DNA from: Octopus sinensis
Taxonomy: Eukaryota
Assembly: GCF_006345805.1 (NCBI RefSeq)
Contig: NC_043001.1
Location: 93,124,001 to 93,188,000 of the forward strand
Length of the DNA: 64,000 nucleotides
Direction: 5' to 3'
The position numbers and the translations under genes were made by a program. Numbering within the stretch: position 1 is the first letter of the stretch; every line of letters begins with the position of its first letter. Under the pieces are notes generated by a model. It searched no databases, was not told the origin of the DNA, and saw only the letters and a list, made by a program, of their open reading frames with translations. Below are positions 40,314-54,760 of the stretch, one piece after another.

Positions 40314-40774
40314 TTATCTATCTAGTCAGCTACTTGCAAGCGCGCGCAAATACACCCACACACACACGCACAAACATACGCACACACATTAACACGCACA
40401 CACACATGTATATAAATATACATAAACAAAAATGTCATGTTCTTTCAAACCTGCAGACATACATATATATGTACTTGCATATTTATGTATGCTGTTACAT
40501 TTTCGGACATATTTCAGTATATTTTATGTACACGAAGACATGAATACACACGTATGCGTAAATATATGTATATTCATGTTTACATACGTTTACTCGCTCC
40601 TATCTCCCCACAACAGACTTTCACCACACACACACACACTCATATACACACACACATGCACAAACACACATACGCATATCCATAAATTCTAAGACCTTCG
40701 TATATAGCTCCATCAATCATTTGGTGTTCATCCGCCTTTTCCTTTTTCTTTCTCGCTATAAAACATGATATGCA

Positions 40775-40834
<60 letters not shown>

Positions 40835-40928
40835 AACACACACACATACACAGACATATACATATATATATATATACATACATACATACATACATACATA
40901 CATACATACTATATATATACATACATAC

Positions 40929-40989
<61 letters not shown>

Positions 40990-41133
40990 TATTGGTATTT
41001 TATTGCTTTTAATCGGTAGAATTTATAAAGTGACTAATGGGTCAAAGTTTCATGTATGGCACTTATCAAACTATAACTAATCTGATCTAATCTGAGTCTT
41101 CGAAACTAATGTGCCCTGATTACTTATTTAAGT

Positions 41134-41169
<36 letters not shown>

Positions 41170-44083
41170 TAGTAGTAGTAGTAGTAGCAGCAGCAGCAAC
41201 AACAGCAGCAGAAGTGGTAGGTCTAATCGGACAGAGATGAAACATGTTAAAAGGCATTCCAGTTATGACCATCCCGTATTTATTGGGTATATTAAAAAAA
41301 AACTACATTTTTAAAAATCCATTCTGTTCTTTTCTTTCCAAAGACAGAGGGTCTGATTTCACGGAGATGCTTGTAGGTTGCGAGGCCACGTAGAGAACTG
41401 TGATATGAGAACGTAGCCCTCACTGTGTTTGTGGTGTGTATGCGTGTATGAGTTTGTGTGTCTGTGTTCCCTTCAACGTTTGTAAATGTCTGTGTGCATA
41501 TCTATGTGTGTCCCAAAAGAAAATTCTTCGGGGTGAATGCAACTGTTTGAATTCCTCCAGAAGAGTACATACAAATGTTTAATAAGCACCGAGTAAAATA
41601 GCTAATGCCATGCTTTTGTCGCAAGATGCGTGACCTTTGCCTTGCCATGAAGTAGGCTCTAGAAAAAGTTCAATAGTGATCAGAGGGTAAGTTTCAGAAA
41701 GAGACACACGGATGTCTCCTTATTGATTTACTACGGCTATTTGAAAGCGAAAGGGGCGACCTCAATTAATGGATAAACTTGTATACTTGATAGGATGTCT
41801 TCATTAACGGTTAGATGGAAACATAGTTGAGAGCTGAAGGACTAAATACTCGAATCTTCTCAGCTAATATCAATACTGTTTGGCAACGATAAATAGAATG
41901 ATACTGTTAGAAGATGCTAAAATCATTATATTGACAAAGGAATATCGAGTAATACTGTAATGATTTAGCCAATATAGCATCCGCTTTGTTTTATGTGAAT
42001 ACTATTGATTTATATTCATATGTTATCAATATAATTTGAAATTTAAAAAGGAATAACTAAGATGATATCTTTCTGAAGAGAATTATAGCTTGTGTTTCCT
42101 GCAGCGACAAAGTAGATATCGCTTTTGTCGTAAATAAATAAATAAATTCTGAGAATTAGGAAGAATTTATCTCCAATAATATTCAGTGTAAATCTCTTCT
42201 TTATACCAAATCTGTTTCGTGTTAAACAATAGACTTGTACAGTAGTTAAATTAGTTCCAATACAGGAAGAATCAAGATGATAACTAGAAATATTTATGTG
42301 GTGAGGAAAAACAATTTTAGTTAATGAATAATATTAAATTTAGACATGTTTTGTTATCATTGCGAGCTCGTTAGCGTAGCGTTGTTCTTAATCTATGGCT
42401 GAGATATCCGTGAGTCATTTAAACGTATATGTCTGAAAAACAATTATCTCAATTTGAGAGTCACTGCTGGGTGACTCATTGAAATGTTGGGTTGTCAACT
42501 TTAACATGTATAATTTGTTACTGATTTTACATATTGTATTCAAGACAGTTAACTTGTAACTGCTTGCGTATGTTCAGAACAACAGGACCTTCTCCCACCC
42601 GACATAACTGAAGCTTGACTTGCGCTACTAAGTTCCAATTTTAACACCCACACTGGCTGAAATGATGCATTCCACATTAAATCTGGAAAACTTAGCTGAA
42701 AGATAAACTTCACAATACTGTCCTCCATTAACTCTAGCAACCATGTTCAAAGTACTCTTACACACTTGACTTGCTAGTTGAAATAGATATCTGAAATTTA
42801 ATATACGCAGAATAGTATATTTTTAATTATTAATTCAATGTAAGTTATATTTCGGAATCTCATTGAATATTTGCGCCAGAGTCTAGACATTGAACCATTA
42901 TAAACCATTATAAATCGTGCGAATTGCTTCAACTTTGCTTTCAGCATTTCATTTTAAAAACGTCTTTCACCTGTTTGATCTTCCATATCCTCCCCTCATT
43001 CACTAAAGATATTTTTACCGATATTCCAATCATCTCTTTGCAGTCGATCTAATATCTCACCGTTCCTAATAATATCACTTATCCAGTTCGGAATGACTTC
43101 ACACGCAGAAAAATATCGTAAAAATTTCTCATTCCAAATGATTATGTCTTTAACAATTTCCAATCAATCATTTTGATTTAAAATCTACAAAAGCCGACAA
43201 GGCTTGCAAAGAAGCTCGATCGAATACCATAAAGCTTTTACCAATGAATAGATGGTTAATCAAAGGCTGATTGGCAAGTAAAGGTTACAAACGGAGTCAT
43301 TTGATTGTCAATGAATACGAAGTGTTGTCTACGGAGAGAATAGGATCAAGGAAAATAAATTCAATCGGGTCTAAAGCAGCCTTAGACATTACAGAAACAT
43401 TTTATGAGTGGCTCCTGTAGATCATCATAAAAGTCCATGGGTCACTACATATTTCTACATGAGCGTTAATATATTCAAGTCAACGCTGGTTCACTCATAA
43501 AATATATCACACTATATCAATCACGTATTCACTTATGTACGTAATATTCCTCTTGGTCTATTTCATCAAAATTTTCTCTTACTTTATGGAGGAGAAAAAA
43601 GATAAGGAAGGTGAACAAGAAAACTAACCACAATATGTATGTATGTATGCATGCAGGCACGCACACACACACATACATACACACACATACATACACAAGC
43701 ATATATATATGCTTGTGTGTGTGTGTGTGTTTGTGCGTGCGTGTATGTGGAGGGGGTCACGCACACAAACATACGTTGATTTTTACAAGTTAGTGATTTC
43801 CAAGTTTCGCATTCGTCACTATTACCAGACATATGCATACATGCATGCATGAATAGTCATTTGCATATCTACCGGCCTACCTGCCTACCAACCTACCTAC
43901 CTACCTACCTACCTACCTACCTACATACATACATACATACCCACTTACCTACCTATCTACGTACGTACCTACATACCTACGTACGTACGTACGTACTTAC
44001 CTACCTACCTACCTACATAGCTATCTACTTACCTGTCTACCTTACTACTAACCTATTCCCAATATATATATGTTATATATATA

Positions 44084-44449
44084 GTCTTTTATTCTTTTAT
44101 TTGTTTCAGTCATTTGACTGGGGCCATGCTGGAGCACCTCCTTTTAGTCAAAGAAATCGGCCCAAGGATTTATTATTTGTAAGCCTGGTATTTATTCTAC
44201 TACCAAGTTACGAGGATGCAAACACCAGAACCAGTTATGAAGCGGTGATGGGGGAACAAACTCAGACACAAAGACACACACACACACACATATATAAATA
44301 CACGACGGCTTCTCTTAGTTTCCGTCTACCAAATCCACTCACAAGGTTCTGGTTGACCCGAGGCTATAATAGAAAACACTTGCCCAACGTACCACGCAGT
44401 AGGACTGAACACGGAACCATGTGGTTGGGAAACACAACAACGCCTGCAC

Positions 44450-44452
<3 letters not shown>
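44084..44452 (-). mobile_element. SINE family A (diverged)
   Basis: Reverse-complement consensus motifs. Confidence 0.8.
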
Positions 44453-44511
<59 letters not shown>

Positions 44512-47125
44512 GTGTGTGTGTGTGTGTGTGTCTATAGGCAGATTCATGCTTTGTAGATCATACCTTCAATGCTTGGCTCCGTGTAGTAAATCGTAACTGG
44601 GGTATTATTCCAGTCGCTGTATTTAGAGTTAACGCGAATAGTTTCAGTTGTTCAGCGAAGTCATTTTACGTGATCTCAATTTTCCGGCTACGAAATAGTG
44701 AACGTATTACAACTACTGCATTACACACCTTCTTAAAGAAGCTGAACATTTTTTGTTGAGTCTCGTGAGTATCTATCTGGTTTTCTGGATAATTGGAACA
44801 ATTTCCTTGAGGCTGGAACCATCATTGAATATTTTGATATTTAGTTATTTGAAATTCTGTCTTTGCTTCTGTGACGAATTGTAATATAACGTAACATATA
44901 TATTGGAGGCATATTCTATCTTTGAAAGATAGTTAAGCTCCCTAGACTGATTCTGATATATACTTTTAATAATGTATTATTTTAATCATGTGTGTATACT
45001 ACCTATGTATAAACACATTAGTACATACATACATACATACATACATACATACATACATACATACATACATACATACATACATACATACATACTACATACA
45101 TACATACATACATACATACATACATACATACATACATGCATACATACATACATAATACATACATACATACATACAGCAATCAGCTGTTTGTTGGCTGTAA
45201 ATGCATCATCTAAATATGAGACTATCTATGGTGAACTAATGCCGAACTTACAGATCTTTCTTCCAATCACCTTCTTGTCGTCATAGGTCTTTTGCACTTA
45301 ATAAGAACAGCTTTACATAACTTGAAATATTAGGGCCTTTCAAGAAACCGACTCGTACCCTGACAATTCAATTGATTAGCGGATTCGTGGATTTGTAAAC
45401 CATTCCAAAGATTCTCTCTTTAAGTTTCTCGGCTGAGCATGCACACAAAATCATATGTACTTATTGTGTACACCTACAGACATAAGATATTTACGCATAA
45501 TAAATACCTTAAAGACATTTACATTCACTAAAAGATTCCATGTACATATATGTATGTACTCATTAACCCAACCACGTAATCAAAAACCCGTTCAACTTTT
45601 TGATTAATAAGGAACCAGAAACACCCCATCTCTTTATTAGTGATTATTTTAAATTCTACGCAGACGAACTTAAGTATGTCTCAAAGGCAAAATACTCGTG
45701 TGTGTTCCCACACACCGATCATTTGTGAATATTTTTCCGCGTGACTTTCTTGCAAGTGCTGCAGAGTGTAAAAGGTAAAAAAATAAATAAAAGATCAGCT
45801 AAAAATAAAAGATCAAAAGACTAGCTGAAAAACAATTCATTATTTATCTTTCCAAAGCAACCATTCCAACCATAGCTGCAATAAGAATCACATCAGCAAT
45901 CCGCAACCATTCCGACTGCACCAGTTACATACAGCATGTTTACACTGAAGTAGATATTACGTGACCTGTCGTTCATTAATGTAGTAAAAACCCATGAAAT
46001 TGTTGATAGTACGCTGTACCGACAACTATGCAACCACAATTTTCCCCGACATCATCAATGTGAATGTAAGCCATTCCAATGTCTTCAATTTCATTCCATT
46101 GCCTGTACATATAGCCTTGTCTCATTTATATTGTCAACAATACAAAGCAACCAATCCGACATTTTGGAATGTAATTTTCTTCTTCTTTGTTATGGATCTT
46201 TGCTCTTGTTTCCTATGTCGTTTCATTAATTCCTTCTAGCTTTTAATTGAGTCATGATTTCGAATAATCTTTCGGGCTGTTGTTTCTTAATGAAACAAAC
46301 AGAAACTGCATAGGTAATGAATAAATGATGGAACATTTTTATTATTCATGTATTTATTGAGTTTCTAAAGCGGTAAGCGCGGTAGAGAACCGAACTAAAT
46401 AAACTGCCGTAATTAGTTTCATATCTTAACATTGTAAGTACGACTCCAACCATGATTAACTATGTCCATCATCCCAATGAAATTAAGAAAACATGGACTT
46501 ATGCTATATTGAGTTCGTGGAAAAGCCATTATTTATTTAATGTTTTCAAAAACCACCACTGATTAGACTGTGTGCAGGTTGCATTTTATTCAAACTTTTT
46601 TTTTATTGAAAGAGATCAAAGAAATGAGTAAAATGGAATATAGTCATGAAAAAGAGATACTTAAAACGTAATCGCATTAATTGAAGAATAGAAAAAAGTT
46701 GATGTTTGATAAATTGAATATATAATTGCTATGTAGCCCTAGTCTAATTAAATGTAAGTAGCAGTGGCATAAAAATATAACTGGTTCTGGCTACGGTCAA
46801 CGTCAGATGAATTCTGTTAATGCTAAATATATGAAATACGTATTTAGCCTTGCACTGCAAAATACCCTACTTGACTACGGAGGATTAAGTGCTAAGAATG
46901 AATAAATAAGCAAGGAGGGTGCAGTTATAGACAGACAATTAGACACTGAATATATATCAATATAATGATCTTCAAGTCACATTGTATCCACCAAGTCTAA
47001 TTAAGTCATCACCCCGATTATCTTCCCTTATTCTTTTCTGTCACGTATTAGGATCCTATTTGTGTTTTCTGTACGACGGTGTTGCACTGTGCTCATGACC
47101 AAAATACTTATTCAAATATTTAGTA

Positions 47126-47680
47126 CATTTATCCCCTGCCATATGGCGGTTCACCCATCGCGCACTCAGAACATTGCGGTTCATAAATCGCGCACTCAGA
47201 ACATCGCGGTTCATAAATCGCGCACTCATTACATCGTGGATTTTTCTGGCTAATATATGTAAATTTATACCACAAACTCCTCAGTATATCGCGGGTTTCT
47301 GCGGACGATAGTAGGTATTTATATTTTTTATATTTTAATTATTTCTGTGGTAAAATAAGCATTTTCACACATAAAAATAAGAAACTGGTAAGTAAAAATA
47401 CAGTACAGTACTGCACTATGAAACACATTAATCAAAATATATTAACAGAAAATACGTACTGTACTGTAGATGAGTAAACAAAGAATCGCACATACTGTAC
47501 GGAAAACGAAACTAGGGAGGCGAGTGTGTGATGTTGTTTTGCATTTATAATAAAATAAATATATACAGATTATAGAAACGATAAAAAATACATACAGTAC
47601 AGTACTGTTCTACTTCGAAGATTTTCACCTATCGCGGGAGGTTTTGGAACGTATCACCCGCGACAGTCGAGGGATTACTG
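47126..47680. mobile_element. Tigger/pogo-like non-autonomous DNA transposon
   Basis: Right end reverse complement CAGTAATCCCTCGACTGTCGCGG; left end TA|CATTTATCCCCTGCCATATGGCGG (degenerate TIR). Contains 3 x 30-bp repeats. Confidence 0.6.
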
Positions 47681-48300
47681 TGTATTTAGAGATAACAGAT
47701 ACCTGAAGCTGGTAAATCCGTTCCTGGCACCAACGGAAGCGCAGTGAAATTCATTCGTAAGCTTTTAGTGCCCAGTTCGTATCGTCTTTATATAATTTGG
47801 AGAGGTATTGGCTTTCAGAAATTAACTTCTCTTCAATGTACTGAACTGAAAAATGAGTCTTCGGTGGTGTGTCCCTTTGAATTAATGGATTTTTTGGGAA
47901 GTATTAGATAGAATTCTTGGGAAGTATTTAATCAACAACTTATTTGCTCTTGTTATCTGTCCCAGCAGTCACTGGCAATATAACACTTAAAATGTTCACA
48001 TACCGAAGAGAATACGATATAAAAGATTCGATTGCTTTCTCATATCAAACAAAAACAAGCAAAGAAATTGGTGTGTCTATTCGAAAGATTTATCTTTCTA
48101 CTTTCAAATATAAAAATAGTATTTCAGTTTCACACAAACACACACGTACATGCACATGCACATACGCACACACACCCCCTCACACATAAACACAGCAACA
48201 CACCATAACATTATTCTCATAAAATTACACACATAATAAAAAAAGTACAAGATGCGGGTATAAAAGAGGAGAGAAACGCGCGTATGTGCGCCTGTATGCG

Positions 48301-48343
<43 letters not shown>

Positions 48344-48584
48344 TTGTATGTTATGTGTGCGTGCGTGTGTATAATATTCATATATATATATATATATACA
48401 ATATAATATAAACATATATTATACATATATAATATAAAAATAATTATAAATATATATAATATATGTGTATGTATGTAGGGAAGTAAGTAAATATATACGC
48501 AGATGTACACACAACACACACACGCATATATATATATGCATACGTATGTATATATATATGTGTGTGTGTGCCTGTGTATATTTT

Positions 48585-48642
<58 letters not shown>

Positions 48643-48761
48643 ATATATATACACATATATATAATATAAATATATATGTATATATTTATATATATGTGTA
48701 TGTATATATGTATGTATATATATATATGTTTATATTTATCTGTCTATCTATCTACCTATTA

Positions 48762-48842
<81 letters not shown>

Positions 48843-48950
48843 CTATATATATATATCTATATAGGGTCAAAAGTACAACTATTTATATAAGTATATAAGT
48901 ATATGTACTCATTTTTCTTTCCATATATACATAACCAGAGACATGAAAGA

Positions 48951-48983
<33 letters not shown>

Positions 48984-49339
48984 GAAGTAAATGAAGTCAA
49001 TAGATAAATAAGCAAAATATCTATAATGAGATGCCAAATGAAAATCGATAGATGAGAGAAATCACTCCTATGGTAAATCTTATGAATGGATTTTAATTTC
49101 CCTCCAAGAGAGTTCTTACACGCATATATATTCTTTTCTTTTTCTTCTTAATATTTCAGCCTTGAGGTTACTGCCATGCTGGAGCACCGCCATATATATA
49201 CATACATTCATGCACAAACACACACAACTCAATATGTAGACGCATATTCGTGTATCTATCATCATTCCCTCTCTCCCTCTCTCTATCTATCCCCCTATCC
49301 ACCTATCTACCTATCAATATACATTTACATATATATATT

Positions 49340-49690
49340 ATATAGCAAATATTCGCTAGTTGGGTGTCTGGCATGGTTTGTCCGATGTTACAGATATCGG
49401 ACGGGTATGTTTGATTCTTAGTATTTTCAAATCTAACTAAATCAGAAGAAATCTCTGAGCTGATGAAGGAAAAGTGGCGTTTTACCCACAAATCCAGAAA
49501 CAGACTGTCCTCGGGTATCGTATATGGATGTGATCTTCTGTTTTTCCCTTATACCTATGTGAGTTATTTTTCTGAGTATGCATTGTCTGGAGACTTTTAT
49601 TTGCAGTTGAAGAAATAGCCAAATTTTTGGCTGCTATTTCTGAAAAGTTCGGTGTGTGGTAAAGTGAATTCTTTTACTTTACCATATTTT
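49340..49690 (+). mobile_element. Dispersed Penelope/retrozyme-like fragment related to the 598-bp unit
   Basis: HHR followed 100 nt later by GAAGAAATAGC..GCTATTTCT..TTCGGTGTGTGGTAA, as in the array unit; AT/(TA)n flanks. Confidence 0.6.
49443..49539 (+). ncRNA. Type I hammerhead-like ribozyme (GUC triplet; A-A at 10.1/11.1)
   Basis: TCTGAG-CTGATGA-a[GGA..GTGG/CCAC..TCC]a-GAAA-CAGACTG-T-C^CTCGGG. Stem III is ACAG-A-CTGT; distal stem I is CAGAAGA/TCTTCTG. Predicted cleavage 49509/49510. Confidence 0.65.
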
Positions 49691-49715
49691 TATAAATTTT
49701 TATAATAATATATAT

Positions 49716-49760
<45 letters not shown>

Positions 49761-49870
49761 ATATATATATATATATAATATATATATCAAGACAGAGATA
49801 AATCGATAAACATATGTAATTATGGTATATATATGGATATATATTGCCTTTATTCATCTATCTATCTCTG

Positions 49871-49915
<45 letters not shown>

Positions 49916-50028
49916 ATATCTATCTATATATCTATCTATCTATCTATTATCTATCTAATATCTATATATATATATATATATATAGATATATATGAATATT
50001 TATATGTATATATATGTATGTATATATA

Positions 50029-50072
<44 letters not shown>

Positions 50073-50162
50073 ATATATATTTGTATATATATACTTATCA
50101 ATGTATATATATTACTGTAAGAATATTAATATATATATCTATAGATTTATATATATATACTA

Positions 50163-50204
<42 letters not shown>

Positions 50205-50699
50205 GCCTACAAATAAACAAATAAATGTCACACAAACGCACACACATGCATATATATGTTTACACCTATCAATTTCTGTCTATGTATCTATCTCCATATA
50301 AAGTTGCATATACACACCTAATCAATATATATATCTATATATATATATATAATATATATACACATGTACATATATATGTACATATATAAGAGAAATATAG
50401 GTAAGTATGTATCTTTTTATATTTTCGAAGTAAGAAATTAATTTCTAACTTAGGAACCATAATAGCCCAGATCATATGCTTGGTGCACTTGAACAAAGGC
50501 AAAGATCGTGAGGTATCAACTCCGGTAACAGATATTAATAACAACAACCACTGCTACAACAACATCGGCAACATTATACTATCGAAATAAATAGATCGAA
50601 AATAAAAACTTATGAAAGTAGAATATATATATGTATATGTATATTTACACACACATACATATATATATATCCATATCTATCTATCTATCTATATATCTC

Positions 50700-50740
<41 letters not shown>

Positions 50741-50889
50741 ATATATCTATCTATCTAATTATCTATCTTTCTCTCACTCTCTCTCTCTCTCTCTCTATAT
50801 ATATATTATATATATATATATATATACAAATACATATATATATAGTTTTATCTATTTTTTATCTGTTTTTCTCTCTCCCTCTCTCCCTC

Positions 50890-50922
<33 letters not shown>

Positions 50923-52174
50923 ATACATATATATACATAGTTTTTATCTATTTTTTATCTGTTTTTCTCTCTCCCTCTCCCCCCCCCCCTCTCTCTCTCT
51001 ATATATATATATATATGCACACGCATACATACATACATACATACATAGATACACCCGCATGCATGCACACACACCTTTTTATATGTGTGTGTGTGTTTAT
51101 GTGTGTATTCGTGTCTATGTTTGTATCTTTGTGTGTTTAATGATTTCTAAAAATTTCTGAGAAATATCGACAGTGGTAAAGCACTAAGAGGAAGACGGGA
51201 ATTGTACAAGCAAGGGAAAGCGGTATTTATAATGTCAGTGTTGCTAAGAGAGAAACTACCCGCTTCTGTTTTTAGTTTAATCACTTCCGCTATGATTTCC
51301 TCTCAACAGTCAGTTAATATTGTCCATTAACACAACGCGTGCCATTTTTATATGCATGCTATATTTATAATATGTGTATCTTTCTTTCAACATATCTGCC
51401 CTAACCATTTGTTTGTGTGTAGGTACACTACTCTTTCTGTCTCAAGAATATGGACTTCAAGCTTTGAGAATTAAACAAAAGTGTATGACTCAATACCTAC
51501 AAATTACTTTAAATATTTAAATATGAATCGAACCTATATAATAGAAAGCTACACTTCACTTATTACGTTTATCGATATTTCATTCATGTTTTTATCTGAT
51601 TATAATTTTGTCTGTCACTCCGCTACTTAGCCAGTCCGTAACGCTTCCATTTGATTAGTTGAAGGGGAGGGGAGGAGAGATAGGGAGAATAGAGGGAAGG
51701 GTGGAGGGAGAGGTGGTGGTAAGTTAAATGTGTAATCTTTTAAAATTAATTTTGTTTTGCTCCGTTACGCAGCCCGTCTATAATGCTTTAATGTGATTAG
51801 TTGAAGGGAAAGGCGAAGTGCGAAAGAAAAAGGAGCAAGAAAAGGAGGGTAAGGTGAGGAGTGAGAGAAGAAGATGGTGAGCGTTGTGTATTAAATCTAT
51901 AAAATTGTGTATAAAGTATATGACGTGTATATATAAAGTGCAATAGTAATTATCGTATTCTAATTATCTTCGCTTTTCAATGATTAACAGATGAACGATA
52001 ATCTTTGATACAGACACAACACAGTTTCAGGTTTCTTGGATAAAGTTTTCAGAAATGACCCAATACGTTTTCCATTAATTCAGTGAAATATTCACGGGGC
52101 CTACTTGTTATATCTTGTTTACGATATGACGGGTGTTGTTTTTATTGTTTCACCCTATGTCAGCCACAATGTGT

Positions 52175-52410
52175 GGAGGCACGTGGCTTAGTGGTTAGGG
52201 TGTCAGCATCACGACCGTAAGATTTTGGCTTCGATTCCTGGACCGGGCGATGCGTTGTGTTCTTGAGCAAAACACTTCATTTCACGTTGCTCCAGTCCAC
52301 TCAGGTGGCAAAAATGAGTAACGCTGCGATGGTCCAGCTGGGGAACACATACGCCAAAGAAACCGGGAAACCAGGCCTATGAGCCTGGTTAGGCTTTAAA
52401 AGTGTGCATT
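52175..52410 (+). mobile_element. tRNA-derived SINE (V-SINE-like)
   Basis: TGGCTTAGTGG A-box, GGCTTCGATTCC B-box, TTGAGCAAAACACTTCATTTCACGTTGCTCCAGTCCAC, AAACCGG, (TTA)n tail. Confidence 0.75.
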
Positions 52411-53241
52411 TATTATTATTTTATGTCAGCCATAATAGAGCAAGCTTCGACCATCCGTCAAAATACTACATCATGCTAAAAGTTCTCTTTTTTAAAACCG
52501 TTTGGTATGTTATGAAGTACATTTGGTAGCTGTTTTATAGGTAAGCTCCTCGCTAATTAAATTTCAACTGTATTTCTCTGCCATTCACCCGAAATATTAA
52601 GACCTTGTTGCTGTAGTTTTGAGCGGGTAGCGATATATTTTGCCTCAAACTATGTCCAATCTAAAATAATCTTTTTGAATATAAAATATTGTCAGTGATA
52701 AAGCATGAGATCATCCGATCCGTAATATAATATTATTATTTTCTAGACAATGAGCTCCAATTTTAAAAGAAAGCGATGTCCAGTGATTATCTTCTCGGTT
52801 CTGTAGGTAAAAATTGTTTCAAATAAAGCCTTGAAATGTTTCCTTTCAATTCATCATTCTAAAAATATTGACGGGGTATCTTCGATATCTAACGATGAAA
52901 ATACTGGTGTTTGATCAACTGAATTATCCCCTCGTGATTATTCCCAGACATGCATAACTTTAGCATAATCTTTGGCGGAAGCAGTATGAATGAGGGTGTC
53001 ATAATGGGCTGTACATTTAGGGTTACAATCTACCCAATGGGCTTCTAAACAGTTTCCGTCTACCCCAAACTCTGAGGTATTCGAGCTGTTCCAAAGAGTG
53101 CTGTTTCTGCAAGCTCTTCATCTGTATTGCAATCCCTGTTATTGTTGTTATCATCACCATCATCATCATCATCATCATTGAGCAATAGCGAAGTTGAGTG
53201 GCAGGATCAGAAGAGTGCTGAAGCGAGTGCTACACACTATA

Positions 53242-53287
<46 letters not shown>

Positions 53288-53396
53288 ATACATACACACA
53301 CAAGCGCACACACACATATATGCATATTTATATGTATATATATATATATATATTATATATATATATATACATACATATATGTATATATGCATATAT

Positions 53397-53500
<104 letters not shown>

Positions 53501-53714
53501 CATATATATATGTATATATTCATATATACATGTATATATATGTATAAATAGTAACAGCATAGTGCTTTCTGTATTAAAACCTATTGGAGATCCGTTTCAA
53601 TTTTCATCTTTCCGGTGTCAATAAATACGTACGAATTTCCTAATGTAGCCAGTATAATCGATTATACGCCACCTATATCTGTGGCCTTGTTCCTAAATTA
53701 GAAATAATAGCGAT

Positions 53715-53802
53715 ACTGCTACCACCACCACAACCACCACCACAACCACCACCACCACCACCACCACCACCACCACCACCACCACCACCACTACCACCAC
53801 TT

Positions 53803-53850
<48 letters not shown>

Positions 53851-54040
53851 AACCTTTCTATGTAAATTAAATCTTATTCAGTGTTACCATTTTTTAATAC
53901 TTAGGTATCAGCTTTTCATTTCATTGCACCTCACCTGTTAGCACCTACAGGTGTAAAATCTAGATTGCCGTCTCTGGTTGAGAGCCGAATGCAACTCGAT
54001 TAAATTAAAGGGAAACCAAATAGTGTAGTAATAATAATAA

Positions 54041-54087
<47 letters not shown>

Positions 54088-54090
54088 TAA
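53715..54090. repeat. (ACC)n/(ACT)n and (TAA)n triplet tracts
   Basis: Direct inspection. Confidence 0.9.
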
Positions 54091-54091
54091 T

Positions 54092-54760
54092 GTCAAATTT
54101 TCTTCTCAAGTGAAACTTGAAAAAGTTGACGAGGGCTTGGCCAAAGAGGAAAGTATCTGAATTTAACCCTTTCAAACAATTCCACTATATTACCTCTTTT
54201 GCTATAGCCACCAGAAAAATGAAAATTGCCAGCCCCTCCCGATTAAAGGGGGCCTGCGGAACAATCTTCCCCGTAGATTCAGCTGATCCGTCCTACACCC
54301 AGCTGCAGCTGTTCGACATAAACCCATAGATCAGCAGTGCTCGGGCACTGGATGAGTGCGTTCAGAACGGTTTCGTCGCTCTGAGCGCACCACGGGAAGG
54401 CCCGGCTAAAGGACACTTCCGTGCCCGTAAAGTTTATCCCGAACAGGCAGCGCCCCATGGTAACACTGCTAGGCGAGGGATTTCTGGAAGTTATCCATAG
54501 GTCCCGGCCCGAAAGTTCTTCGAAACAGACCAGTAAGTTGATCCCCGTTGACGCCTGGAGTTTCCCGAGAACGTCGTCGCGCTTTTCCTTCACAAACCCT
54601 CTATAGAACGCCAGTGTGGAACTACTATCGATCTCATTGCCCGACTGTGGGAGGGTTGTGGGCGCTTGACGGCACTCGAGGTGTCAAGCGCCCTTCCTCG
54701 GTCTAGCCCTATTGGCCAACAGGGCCGACATATAGGGTACAATACAGTGGACAGTGGCGG
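54092..54760 (-). mobile_element. Tx1/L1-like LINE fragment, related subfamily
   Basis: Frameshifted FYRGFVKEKRDD...CAQSDETVLNALIQC...AIFIFLVAIAKE...NFFKFHLRRK aligns by eye to the 39322 element; broken off at (ATT)n. Confidence 0.8.
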
